NCBI RefSeq assembly: GCF_001194135.2 | Contig: NC_068985.1 | Coordinates: forward strand, 54,231,908-54,295,907 | From: Octopus bimaculoides | Taxonomy: Eukaryota | Direction: 5' to 3' | DNA length: 64,000 bases | Shown here: positions 11,327-23,515 of the stretch, one piece after another | Layout of the letters: each line of letters opens with the position of its first letter | Position numbering within the stretch: the stretch's first letter is position 1 | Made by a program: the position numbers and the translations under genes | The notes under the pieces: generated by a model | Told to the model about the DNA's origin: nothing | The model's database searches: none | The model's input: only the letters and a program-made list of their open reading frames with translations

Positions 11327-13630
11327 TTATTGATATAATCAAGTAAAACCTTAGATGTTTGTAGTAGATTGACTGAAACTACTAAAACATAAAAACATAA
11401 AAATAAAACAAAAAGAGAGAAGTCACAAAAGCAGCCATGAGACCCGTGTCAGTCTCTCCAGCTTGACTTTTCCACTGTGAGCAACTTTGCTGATGAGTTG
11501 ACACCTATCATAAGTCAATGTCTTATTGTATGATTCTACAAAGTACGAAACATCTCAGTGAAGAACTAAGAATGACAGGAACTGTAAGGAAAAAAAGAGA
11601 ACACATTAGTCAAACAGATCTGAGCCATTAGTGGCATGGAGAAACACCTGCACATATTTATAAAAGACTGGACACTACCCATCAAAAATTGAATAACATA
11701 AAACTATGAAGAGTCAAAACATAAGATCAGACAGTAAAGATATATATATATATATATCTGATCTTTCACTTGTTTCAGCCATTAGATTAGTGAGGTTGAG
11801 TCAAATTATTTTTATTTTTTTAAAGCATCATACTTATTCTATCAGTCTCTTGAGCCCAACCACTAAGTTATGTGGGCATAAACATACCAATACTAGTTGC
11901 TAGGTGGTGGTTGGGGTGGGGGGAACAGACACAAAGACACACACACACATATATACATACAATAGCCTACCCTCAGTTTCTTTCTACCAAATCCACTTAC
12001 AAGGCTTTGATCATCTTGATGCTATAATAGAAGACACTTGGCCAAGATGTCACAGTGGGACCAAACCCAGAACCATGTGGTTGGAAAGCAAACTTCTTAT
12101 CACACAGTCAAGCCTACACTTATAATATTAGATATATATATAGGTATGTACATATATGTATGGATATATGCATATATTTACATATTATTTATATTATATA
12201 TACATATATATATATATGCATCCATAAATTACACACACACAAATGTGGGAGAACTGCAAAGATAGACAGAGAAAGAGGTACCTATTTGTGGGAATGCACA
12301 GGCATACACATGTACATAATAAAATAAACATATGTGTGTCAGGACTCTTAAACATCAACCATGATAACCAAAAACTATGAACTTAGAAAAACAGCATAAA
12401 TGTTGCAGTTTACGAGGAATAAGATAGATCTAAACACTGGAAAACAACAAAATCAATTTAAAGAGAATGTTTCACTAAAAATAACATTGCTGATCAAATG
12501 TAAACAGTTTTGTGTCAGAAATGCTAAAAACCATTTCAGACATTAGATTTTTACACTGAACATGCTGACTTTCATAAATGAGAACAGAAATAATGAAAAA
12601 GGCTATTGTAGAAGTCAATAAAATATACGGGGTTTTAGTATTACAACAATGCCAAAATACCATAAGAATATTCAGGGAACATATTTCTTCTTATAAATAC
12701 TGAAATTATCCCCTCAGTAGTTTCAAACAGAATTGAAACATAAACGATTTTGCTTTAATGCAGGATGACAGCATCATCACTGTCATTGTTTTTACACTTC
12801 TTCCTGACTTGGAAATGAGCCAGATATTTCATGGCCAGATGTTCTTCCTCTGACCAGCACTCTTATGTGTTTCTTTCTTCTCTTTTTTTTTTTCTTTTCA
12901 AGTAATGTATTTTTCATTCAACTGATTGTCACATGTCTGCTAAACTATGGCATTAGTCCTTCAGACAAAGTAAACAATATCACTACCTTTCACTCTGACA
13001 CTCCTAATGGCAAACACGTGACAAGCTTCCACACAGTTTCCATCAGCTACTTTCACATACAAGACATTGGCTAACCTGATGCTACAGTAGAAGGCACCAG
13101 CCTATAAACACGGACCAAACTTGAAACAATGCAGTTGTGAAGCAAGCATCATAACTACACAGCCATGCTAGTGTTTATTTCTTCATTTGGTTTTATGTCA
13201 GTTTTTCTGTGCAAGCATAGGTTAGATAAATATGTTACTGAGGTTCTCCTTTACAGCTGAATGCGCTTCCTGATGCCAGCTCTTACCTGTTTTTTTTAAG
13301 TAAAAGATCTCTTTTATTCCATACAATTTCAAAGGCACAAAGTGAGCAGATGATTTATAGACAGAAGTGCCAACAACGCTGCTCAAACATAAAAACTTTC
13401 GTATATGTAAGCAAAGATGTCAATAGACACAACACACTTTTACATACATATATATATACAGACACTCACATGTTAGGTTTCTTTCCAGTTTACAAAATAC
13501 TTCCAAGGGTTTGGTTGACCTAGGACCTGGGTAGAATACACTTAACCAAGGTGCTACACAATAGGACTGAACTGGAAACCAGATCGCTGGGAAGCAAACT
13601 TCCTAACACTGTCATTCCTACACTTTATAT

Positions 13631-13795
13631 ATGTATGGAACAAAACAGTTTGATTCAGACTCCTTGGTACTCTGAGTTTCAAGCATGATGCTAATCTTCA
13701 GCCACAGGATTCAAATTCCTATGCCCGAAGACTAGCATCATGTTTGAAACTCAGAGTACCAAGGAGTTTGAATCAAACTGTTTTGATCCATAAAT
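13631..13795. repeat. 165-bp hairpin (70-bp arms, 25-nt loop)
   Basis: 13631-13700 versus the reverse complement of 13726-13795: 6 mismatches, no gaps. Confidence 0.92.
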
Positions 13796-13891
13796 GTAAC
13801 TCTCAATAAATGTGCTGAGTGCCCTTCTTTTGTTTGTCTACTCACTCATATAATAAATATATGTATGTGTGTGTGTATGTATGTATATATA

Positions 13892-13922
<31 letters not shown>

Positions 13923-14034
13923 ATGTGTGTGTGTGTATGTATGTGTGTGTGTGTGTGTGTGTATACACACACATGTATATATATGTATGTGCGTGTGTGT
14001 ATATACACAACACACACACACACGTATGTATATA

Positions 14035-14888
14035 TGCGGTCTGATCAATAAGTATCCGGATTGTTACCATAGTAATGAAGCCGCTTGGCACAGACTGACC
14101 TTGAACTCTTCTGTGCATACGCACTCAGCTCACTTCTACTGTTTACAGTAGTGCTTCAAAGGAAGGTGTGTAGTGTGTGATCATTGCATTGACCATGACA
14201 GAGAAAGTTGTGACGGCAATACCAGCTCAGAAGCTTACGCAAAGTTGCAGAACGTGTATCGAGAGGAGTGCACGAGCCGCACACAACTGTACAAGTGGTT
14301 CAGACATTTCCAAGATGACCAAAAAACAAAAAATGTCGATATTGACGAACATTCTGGGAGGCCAACAACTAGCAGAACTGAGAAAAACATCGCAGATGTG
14401 CATGCAGCTGTGAGGGTAAATCCTCAAATCACCATCCATGCGTTATCAGAGGATGTACAGATTAGTTACAGTTCAGTTCATTATCACTGAAGATTTGGGC
14501 ATGGGATGCATATCAGCCAAGTTTGTGCCAAAACTGCTTTCAGCTGACCAAAAAGACACTTGGGTTCCAGTTTCACAAGATTTCTTTGATTGTGTCGAAA
14601 ACGATGAAAACTTTGTGTATGCCTTTGAGCAGGTATCACCAAGCTTTTGGCAAACTTTGATGCAAATTCTCTGCTCAACTTTCTCTGTCATGGTCAATGT
14701 GACGATCACATGCTACACACCTTCCTTCCAACAAGTATTGTTGTAAACAGCCAACGTGAGTGAGAATGTTGAAACTTAGTGCACATGCACAGCAGAGATC
14801 GAGGTCAATCTGTGACAAGCAGCTTCACTCTGAGTGCTTTAGCTTCGTTACTATAGCAACAATCCGGATATTTATTCATCAGTCCACA
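14035..14888. mobile_element. Mariner-derived fold-back element: left arm is TIR plus transposase DNA-binding region; right arm is an inverted second copy of the 5' end
   Basis: Left arm encodes EAYAKLQNVY...KWFRHF...HSGRPTTS...FVPKLLS and stops before the catalytic D at about 14612. The minus strand from 14888 reads the TIR and then MTEKVEQRICIKVCQKLGDTCSKAYTK. Termini tgcggtctgatcaataagtatccggattgtt / aacaatccggatatttattcatcagtccaca. Confidence 0.88.
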
Positions 14889-15215
14889 CACACACACACA
14901 CATATATGTATAGTGCACTAGATACACACATGAAGATAACATCTTTGTATTATTTAATATTTAAATAATTCTAATGTTCGCCATTACCATTTTAGCATCT
15001 TTGGTGAAGTTGATACTTTACAGATACAGTCATAATAAGACTAAAGTTTCGTTTCTACCTTACCATATTACTTATTTAAAATTTTCAATGCTCCTCCCAC
15101 ACACATACACTTCCTACATTAAGTTAGCTACTACATAGACTTTTTCTTCTTTCTTGCACTGAATCTAAAATTGACTGTAGTTATTGAAAATTCATGGAGA
15201 TAAAAACAAACTTAC

Positions 15216-15231
15216 ATGATGAGCAAGAGAA
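15216..15231 (-). other. Candidate 16-nt micro-exon
   Basis: Minus strand reads a T-rich tract ending ttttaacag|TTCTCTTGCTCATCAT|gtaagt. Splice signals only. Confidence 0.27.
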
Positions 15232-17091
15232 CTGTTAAAAAAATATAATAATGAGATTAAAATACATGGCAAAACTGTTCAACCTTTTCTTATACTTGAA
15301 TAGAATGTGAAATTCCTCAAAAATCCATTTGAGATTTATTCCTTATTTTCGAAATGCCTTTCAATTCTGTTTCACAGCAGATTCCAGGTTCCAATGAACC
15401 ATAAACAAAGCAGCAAACAATAAAATACTTTAAATTAATGATTGATAAACAAAGAAATGGTGAGAGAATAGACATAAAAATACAAAGAGAGAGAGAGATG
15501 AGGAAGAAGAACAAAAATCTCTCAACAGTGAATCAATAGTTACCAAAGTAGCCTACTTGAAGAATTAGAAGAGAAATTCTTTCATTGGTGAGAATATATC
15601 AGAACAATAGCTAGGATGAAATAAAAAAAAAGAATCTACTTTACATCACCAATGCAATTACACTCTCTGGCTCTTCCATTCAGACTTCCAACAAACTTAT
15701 ACACCTGCTATTTCAGATTCATTTCTCAGAGGGGATCAGTTGTCCCTGTTTTTTTCTTTTTGCTTTTTCTCTCATTTAAAAAAAATACCTTTTATTTAAG
15801 AGAAAAGACAGTGTCCATGTCCCAATGAGAGGGCCTCTGAAACTGGAGGGTTGGGGGATGGTATCTGTAGACTGCTGCAACAGAGTAAAGACCCCTTTTG
15901 GTCATGAATGACCATGGGATTGCACCTAGAAAGTTCCCACTGTGACACAAGTCCAAGCAAGGTTGTTTTACGGAAGACCAACAATCACCCATGCATACAA
16001 ACCTCCCCCCTCCATGCCATTGATGTTATCCAAGGAAAAGGACAAAGGCTGAAACAGGTTGGCACCAGTAACACCGCAACTCATTTCCACAGCTGAGTGA
16101 ACTGGAGCAATGTAAAATAAAGTGTCTTGCTCAAGAACACAACACCCAGCCCGGTCCAGGAATCGAACTCACTACCTCATTATTGTGAGCCTAACACTCT
16201 AATCACAGCCCTGCACCCTCACGGTGTCAAACCAAGTAGGCCTTGGTGGGATTTGAACTCAAAATATAAAGAGCCTCAACAAATATCATAAAGAGTCTGA
16301 TGTTCCACCTTCCCCCAATCCCCTGATACCTGACCATGGACTTGTACTTTTTTATCAACCCTGAAAGGATGAAAGTCAAAGTTGACTACAGTAAGATTTG
16401 AATTTAGAATACAGAAAGTCACAACAAATACTGCAATACACTCTAATCTAATGACTTTGGCAAATTAATTATATTTATTTGATAATGGCTTATGAAAATA
16501 AACAGAATATTTTTAATGTAACCACTTCACAATAAGACTGTATAATGTCACCGAGTTGAAACTGACATAGTTTCTTAATAAAGACATACCACAATAAACA
16601 TTTCACATGACCAAAGTATGAGGTCATACAAGGAACTGAATATAGATCAGAGCCCAAGCTTTCTAACTGTAACAAACTCTCTCTCTCTCTCTTTCTCTCT
16701 CTCTGATGAAATGACAGTGAAAACCTTGAATTCATTGATATGTGACTGCTGTACTATAATTATAACATCATAATCATTCTTATATTTATTTATTCTATGT
16801 TATCTTAGATTAGATGTGCTTGCTGCTTTTATCATCAATTAACAACACTTCTTTGGTCGTTTATTTTTATAATTAATAAGTCACCTATGACCTTTAATCA
16901 ATGTTCCCAGTGAGAATAATGTGATCAATGTTAATTTTCATTTTTGAACTCTGGCAGAGTCAACAACTAGGTTAAGCTCTGGCCCAAGGAGCCTGTAGGC
17001 TCATGTCAGACCTAAGAAGATAAGAAGAGGGTCATCATCTGCAAGGAAAATGGGGTAGAGAGGTAGTCTGGAAAGGTTAGAGCTATGATGA

Positions 17092-17497
17092 TGTTGTTGT
17101 TGTTGTTGTTGTTGTTGTTGGCACTCCGTCACTTACGACGTCGAGGGTTCCAGTTGATCCGATCAATGGAGCAGCCTGCTCGTGAAATTAACGTGCAAGT
17201 GGCTGAGCACTCCACAGACACGTGTACCCTTAACGTAGTTCTCGGGGATATTCAGCATGACACAGTGTGACAAGGCTGACCCTTTGAGTTACTGGCACAA
17301 CAGAAACAGGAAGTAAGACTGAGAGAAAGTTGTGGTGGAAGAGTACGGCAGGGTTCGCCACCATCCCCTGCCGGAGCCTCGTAGAGCTTTAGGTGTTTTT
17401 GCTCAATAAACACTCACAACGCCCGGTCTGGGAATCGAAACCGCGATCCTATGACCGCGAGTCCGCTGCCCTAACCACTGGGCCATTGCACCTCCAC
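17092..17497 (-). mobile_element. tRNA-headed SINE family C, young CpG-rich copy with an (AAC)n tail
   Basis: Minus strand: A box TGGCCCAGTGG, B box GGTTTCGATTCCC, body, then the tail ...GGAGTGCC(AAC)n. Decayed relatives lie at about 15790-16222(-), 17690-17965(-), 32900-33200(-) and 35392-35710(+). Confidence 0.88.
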
Positions 17498-18008
17498 AAA
17501 GCTATAATGAGAGAAGAATGAATTAGTGCATGAGATCAGAGGGAATGACACAGTAAGGAAGATGAGAGGACTAATTGGAGGGAAGGAGCAAAAGCTGTTG
17601 CATAAGTGGTAAAAGAAGAAGAGAAAAGGATCAATGAACATGGGCAAGGAGCTGCAATGTACTGATGAGTGTTCTTTTACTAATCTAAGAAAGGACTCAC
17701 CTGTCGTAAATGGAAGATGAGGGGTCTACAATTTCTTGCAGAACAACCTGCATACAAGATTTGGTTATAGTGATCAAATGTTTATCCGGTACATTAGCTC
17801 ACACCCTTCATCATATCAACATTACCTGTGCAGATGCATGGTATGTCAAAATGACTACAGAGCAATGTGAAAGGGTGTGTTTTGCTTAAGAACTCAATAC
17901 ATTGACCAATCTAGGAACTGAAACCACAATCTTGTGATCATGAGTACAACACCATGAACACTAAGTCACACACCTTCACTATGTGTGCGTGCGTGCGTAT
18001 TTTGAATT

Positions 18009-18270
18009 TGGGCCTCACCGAGGCAATGACAAGTAACCAAGTCCTTTGGTGATATGCCGTGCTTGAGAAGACCTGTCAAGCCAAGTGAAATCATAGTCAT
18101 AGCCCATGTCAGTGTCACATAACTGACACGTAAAAGCACCTTTTGAGTGTTGGGCCTCACAGAGGCAATGACAAATGACCAAGACTCTTGACAATATGCC
18201 ATGCTTGAAAAAGAAAACCCATCAAGCCAAGTGAAATCATAGTCATGGCAGATACTGGTGTCACACAACT
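18009..18270 (+). repeat. Diverged 142-bp tandem duplication inside an RTE-tail-type element
   Basis: tgggcctcac..gaggcaatgacaa ... aagccaagtgaaatcatagtcat at 18009 and 18151. Confidence 0.8.
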
Positions 18271-18627
18271 TGCACCTGTCCCGGTGACACATAAGAGAAC
18301 CCATTACATTCTCGTAGTGGTTGGCATTAGGAAGAGCATCCAACTGTAGAAACCATGCCAAAACAGACTGGAGTCTGGTGCAGCCCCTTGGCTTACCAGC
18401 CTGGTCAAACCATCCAACCCATTCCAGCATGGACAATGGACATTAAAAGATACTGCTGCTGCTGATTATATATATGGAGGAATATAAATATCTAGGCAGA
18501 TAACGTGTTACTCTATGTAAAGTACCAAGGCTGGTTTCTTCCGATGGTCAAATTTATGGTATATTTCCTAAAAACTACCATCTGATGTTGCAGTTTGTTT
18601 CCTGGCTACTTAGAGTGTAAAATCACA

Positions 18628-19304
18628 ATACTGTTAATAAGGAAAATGAAGAATTTGAACATTCAGACTCTCTCCTTGGTTTATTCATAATAATTGTCCA
18701 ACATGTGTTTCCATCATATCAATTGCAAAATGCTGCAGGGATTTATGCATAATTTGTACAATCTCTTCAGGGTGAATAGATATGTCATTGTTGTTCAAGG
18801 AGTAATTTTCCCTATTATTAGTTTGAATCAGGCTTGGAAGTGGTAATAGTAAATCATGTTGTTCAACGATGAGTTGCTATTCACAATTGATTGCTTCTGT
18901 AAAAATCTGGTAACGCCAGCAGCAGTCTTTGTTGACATAGACACATTTTACTGGTCCGTAATTCAAAAGAAAACACCTTGGTCCAGTAAAATTTGTCAAC
19001 ATCAACAAAGACTGCTGCTGATGCTACCAGATTTTTACAGAAGCAATCAGTTGTGAATAGCAACTCAACGTCGAACAACATGATTTACTATTACCACTTC
19101 CAAGCCTGATTCAAACTAATGGGGAAAATTACTTCTTGAACAATGACATATTCACCCTGAAGATAAAGTACAAATTATGCATAAACCTCTGCATATAAAT
19201 ATGCAGTAATTTTCAAATGATATGATCGAAACATGTGTCAATTATTATGAATAAACCAAGCAGCAAGTTTGAATATTCAAATTCTTTGTTTTCCATATTA
19301 ACAG

Positions 19305-19307
<3 letters not shown>
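18628..19307. repeat. About 680-bp fold-back palindrome (arms about 325 bp, loop about 22 nt), probably a large MITE
   Basis: Arms pair end to end; the inner 118 bp have about 11 mismatches by manual alignment. Explains the mirror ORFs 18856..19056(+) and 18881..19081(-). TA at both ends. Confidence 0.92.
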
Positions 19308-19341
<34 letters not shown>

Positions 19342-20544
19342 CAGGTGAAAGGTGTGTATGCCACAAGTGCTTTCAGCGCTAATAGCACAAGACTTTTTCA
19401 CCCAAAACTTCATTTACCACACTGTTATAAACCTCTCTGTTGCTTCTAAGCAGTCTCAAGCTGAATTTACTTCTAGATTTTTATATTTCTTCATCAGATC
19501 CACAATTTCTTGAGATGACGTTGTTGTTCTTTACACCACATCTTAACCAGGAGTCTTCGTTTGTTTCAGTTAGTCCAACTATTAATGATGGTTTAATAAT
19601 GCAGAGACTAGAAATTCAGGAAGCAAGTCGTGAAGCAGGCACTTAATGGTCTGAGATTCTTATAACCAATAATAAACTAGACAATAATCATGTTTAACTA
19701 GGCCTGAGTCAAATTACCAGCAATTTTTCTGAAATATATTTCCGCTGTTTAATGGTGTGGCAATGCCAGAAATAGCCAGACAAATTAACATAATCTAAAA
19801 ACTACTGCTTTCCTCCTCGTTACCAGTGGGAGGACTTCACACATTTCCTTTATGAATTATTTCTAAAATATGTGGATATCAAATTGAATCTAAAACACAA
19901 ACACACGATGAACATGTAACAAAAAACAGCATGTGTGTGTGTGTGTGCAAGTGTGTGATATTGTGTGCATGTGAGTGTGTGTGATTGTGTGTGTGATTAT
20001 GTGCATGTGTGTGCATATGTGTATACAAGTTAGGAAAAAAGCAATGAGCATTTTAGATTTACATTTTCAAGTTGTGTAATGTCAATGCTAAAACATTTTC
20101 AATTACAAAAATAATTCACTGCTTCATTATTCATCTGCTGCTACATTCTGAGTTCAAATTCCGCCAAAGTGGACTTTGCCTTTCATCATTTCAGGGTCAA
20201 TAAGTTGAAGACTGGCGTCTATGTAACTGACACATCTCCTCCCCCAAAACGGCTGTCCTTGTGGCAAAATTTGAAATTATTATTGTTATTATTATTATTA
20301 ATAATAGATGAAATTTAGCTTAGTTAAAACAATTTCAGTAAGTTTTAAACCAGTTAGACTGCATAAGGTAGCTCTGATGTTTACGAAGAAAAAACAAAAT
20401 TAGGAGAAAAAAAGGAGAGACAAAATCTAAATATGTCAATGTTATTAGACATATTATAATTACAAATAATAAAAATAAGCAGTCCTTTATTTGTCCACGA
20501 AAGAAAAGTGACATCATAAAAGTTTATCATATAAAATTCCTCTC

Positions 20545-20800
20545 AGTTCTTGAAGTTAGTTAGTTGTCTCTGTCATGAGGCACATAAGGCTACAACACAA
20601 TCTCTCCAATCAGTTCTGTTTTCTGTCACTGTTCTGTCTCATTCCAGCCTCCCACCCTTTCTGTCTCCTTTCCTCATCAATGGTCCTTCACCTTGTGGTT
20701 TTATGGGCACTCTGCTACTCTTTTCCCCTTCAAGCTTCCACTTTAGAGCCAACATACAATCGCTTTCTTGATTGTTTTGGAGGATGTGGCTGATCCAGTT
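20545..20800 (-). mobile_element. Decayed RTE LINE 3' end (different family)
   Basis: Minus strand gives WKLEGEK...NRTDWRDCVVALCAS, followed by an (AACT)n-like tail. Confidence 0.55.
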
Positions 20801-20979
20801 TCAGCATCTATCATCTCTTGAAGTAGCTATTATCTATCAGTGTGTCTAATATCTTAGTGAAATAATACAGATAAACTAGACATAGGTATGGCTATGTGGT
20901 TAAGAGACTTGCTTTGCACCTTTGTGGTTTGAGGTTTTAACTCACTACAAGCAATAATATTAAAATAAGTACCAAATAG

Positions 20980-21300
20980 GTGAACAGGTACCTGTTTATA
21001 ATTTGGGGAAATGGCTACATCAGTGAACCACACCTCTGCATGATACCTGTTTACAGCTTGTGGGACTGGATGTGACAATAAACTGCACCTCTACATGGTA
21101 CCTATTTACAGTTTAGTGGGCTGTACCTCTACATAGCACCTATGTACAGTTTAGTAGACTGGGTACAACAATAAATTGTACCTCTACATGATACCAGTTT
21201 ACAATTTGGTGAATAGATATAGCAGGAGTGAAGTTCCACACAATGCCTATTTAGAACAAGTGGACTGAATACAGCAGTGAACTGTTTGCTACTGCGTACC
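20980..21300 (+). repeat. Degenerate minisatellite, unit about 55 bp, 5-6 units
   Basis: The catg(a/g)tacct.tttaca motif recurs at 20985, 21039, 21094, 21132 and 21187 (spacings 54, 55, 38, 55). Confidence 0.8.
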
Positions 21301-21592
21301 AATTAATGTTGTAATTTAACTCCTTATATTTTAAAAAAATGAATGATGTTTAATAATGTAATCATATATACTCAATGCTCAAAGGTGTTCTATTCATGAC
21401 CATCCTATCTTTTATTGAGAAATAATATAGTTAGAGCTATATTATTTAGCCAGTCCTTCTATTTTTAAAAATGGCAGGGTGTGATTTAAGAAAATTTGGC
21501 TGCTGCTTGCTACTACTAGTAGGTCGAGCTCTTTCACTGAATTACAATGTTTTTGTTCTGATTATGTGATCTCTAATTCTCTAATTTTTTAA

Positions 21593-21769
21593 TCCTTTAG
21601 CATTTAAACCAGCCATATCCAGCCCAAATAATCTACCTTTTCTATGATCAAACTGGCCATGTCCAGCTTTTCACACTTACCCTACGCCATTGTAAAATTA
21701 AACAATCAAATGATTGAGATCTCAAAGCTATGAGATAGTGTATGATTAAGAAAACTGAATGTTAGAGGG
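21593..21769. mobile_element. piggyBac-like MITE (TTAA-flanked, CCC...GGG-type ends)
   Basis: ttaa|tcctttagcattt ... aatgttagaggg|ttaa. The interior is homologous to 48269-48478. Confidence 0.6.
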
Positions 21770-21981
21770 TTAAGGCAATAGAAAGTTTGTTGAGAAGAGA
21801 TTTAGAAGCTATGTTTAGGGAAGTCAAACTCTCTCATTTGTTACCCTCATACACTAGTTCACACCCTCAGACACTGACCCACTTCGCATTGTCAGTATCC
21901 TCAGTACTTCCACTAACTTGTTCACACTGATTACCTTCTCTTTTCACACACACACACACAAAACGTCCATTCACAAACATG

Positions 21982-22026
<45 letters not shown>

Positions 22027-22267
22027 ACATGCTTCAATACAAAGTTTGAGTAACCTGTAATCCAACACAACCCCACCCACTGATTCTCGATATCTTATCT
22101 CCTCCCTACTTCCACTCCTCCAGCCACTCCATCATATTTGGATTTGTGGATGTGTTTGTGTGTGTGTGAGAGAAAGAGGAAGAGAGGAAGAGNNNNNNNN
22201 NNNNNNNNNNNNNNNNNNNNNNNNNNNNNNNNNNNNNNNNNNNNNNNNNNNNNNNNNNNNNNNNNNN

Positions 22268-22309
<42 letters not shown>

Positions 22310-23515
22310 ATATCTTATCTGTATGTTTGTATTGTTAAGAAAAACATAATACAAGCCACTACAGTTTGCTGTGTAAATACACTTTTGTTGTACATGCCCT
22401 GCTCTTAGTATATACATTTGTACACAAACACAAACTATATATATATATATATATGTGTTGAAAAATATCGTTATAGGGATAAAAATACCATAAACAATTA
22501 TAGAAAAATGGAAGAGAAAAAGATGTTAAATCAAAATTAGATTTAATACAAATAGGATTCAATACAATGTATACATATATAAATATGCATGGGAGTGTCT
22601 AGTGCCAAACCTCGGTCTGAAAGCTACAAAGTCAATCCCTGTTTTAGACAGCACCGCACTGCACCAAAGGTTCCACCCTCCCCCATCTACATTCAAGATC
22701 CAATAGTGCTCTAAGACCCCCAACTCTTCAATACTTTTAAGAGATCTACAGGTGTGGAGAGGGGTTTAATAAATGCTGAGCATCTCTTTATATAAGGTCC
22801 CAGACAAACTAACATGATGGCAAGGAATACAAATAAGGGTATTAGTATCTTAACTCCCTGCTTCACCAGGAACCCACCACAGAGAGAGGGCTATGAAAAT
22901 CCAAGTAACATCAATGCCAGTGCCCCAGAATGGCCACAGCTTATAAGCTGAATCAGGCTGAAAATTGTAAAGGAGTAAAAGAGCGTATATATGAAGTTAA
23001 TTTAAAAGAAATATGTTATCTAATACAGATATGGTATAGGCACATGCATAACTGTATGGTTAAGAAGCTCATTTTGCAACCATGTTTTGAGTTGTGTCCC
23101 ACAGCATGGCACCTTGGACAAGTGTCTTCTACCATAGTCCCAGGCCAACCAATATCTTGTGAGGGAATTTGGGAGATGGAAACTGTGTGAAAGCCTCTGT
23201 GTGTGTGTGTGTGTGTATGTGTATGCATGCGAGCGCATATCTATACATATGTGTATCTTTGTCATACGCACACACACTTCTTGACGACCAGTATTGGTTT
23301 GTTTATCTCCCCATAACTGCAGTTCAGTGAAAGAGACAAATAGAACAAGAACCGGACTTCAAAAACCTAAGTAGTGGGGTCAATATTTTTCACCTTTCAA
23401 GGTGGTACTTCAGCATGAACTTCTTTTTACTTTGATACCTCATTCTTCCAAGTACATATTCTGCCAATATGAATTTCCTATCTCATTCTTCATGGATTAG
23501 TAAGTCTTCTTGGGA

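Noticed and set aside
11400-11581. Strong minus-strand acceptor (ttctctttttttccttacag) at 11582-11583
   Set aside because: All three frames hit stops within 20 codons and no good donor follows. A terminal-exon role cannot be supported without transcripts.
17400-17497. tRNA genes at SINE heads
   Set aside because: A and B boxes are present, but they run into SINE bodies and I cannot fold a complete cloverleaf; treated as tRNA-derived SINE heads.
20980-21300. CRISPR-like array (regularly spaced repeats here and at 4367-4818)
   Set aside because: Eukaryotic context, degenerate repeats, spacers similar to each other rather than unique, and no cas genes.
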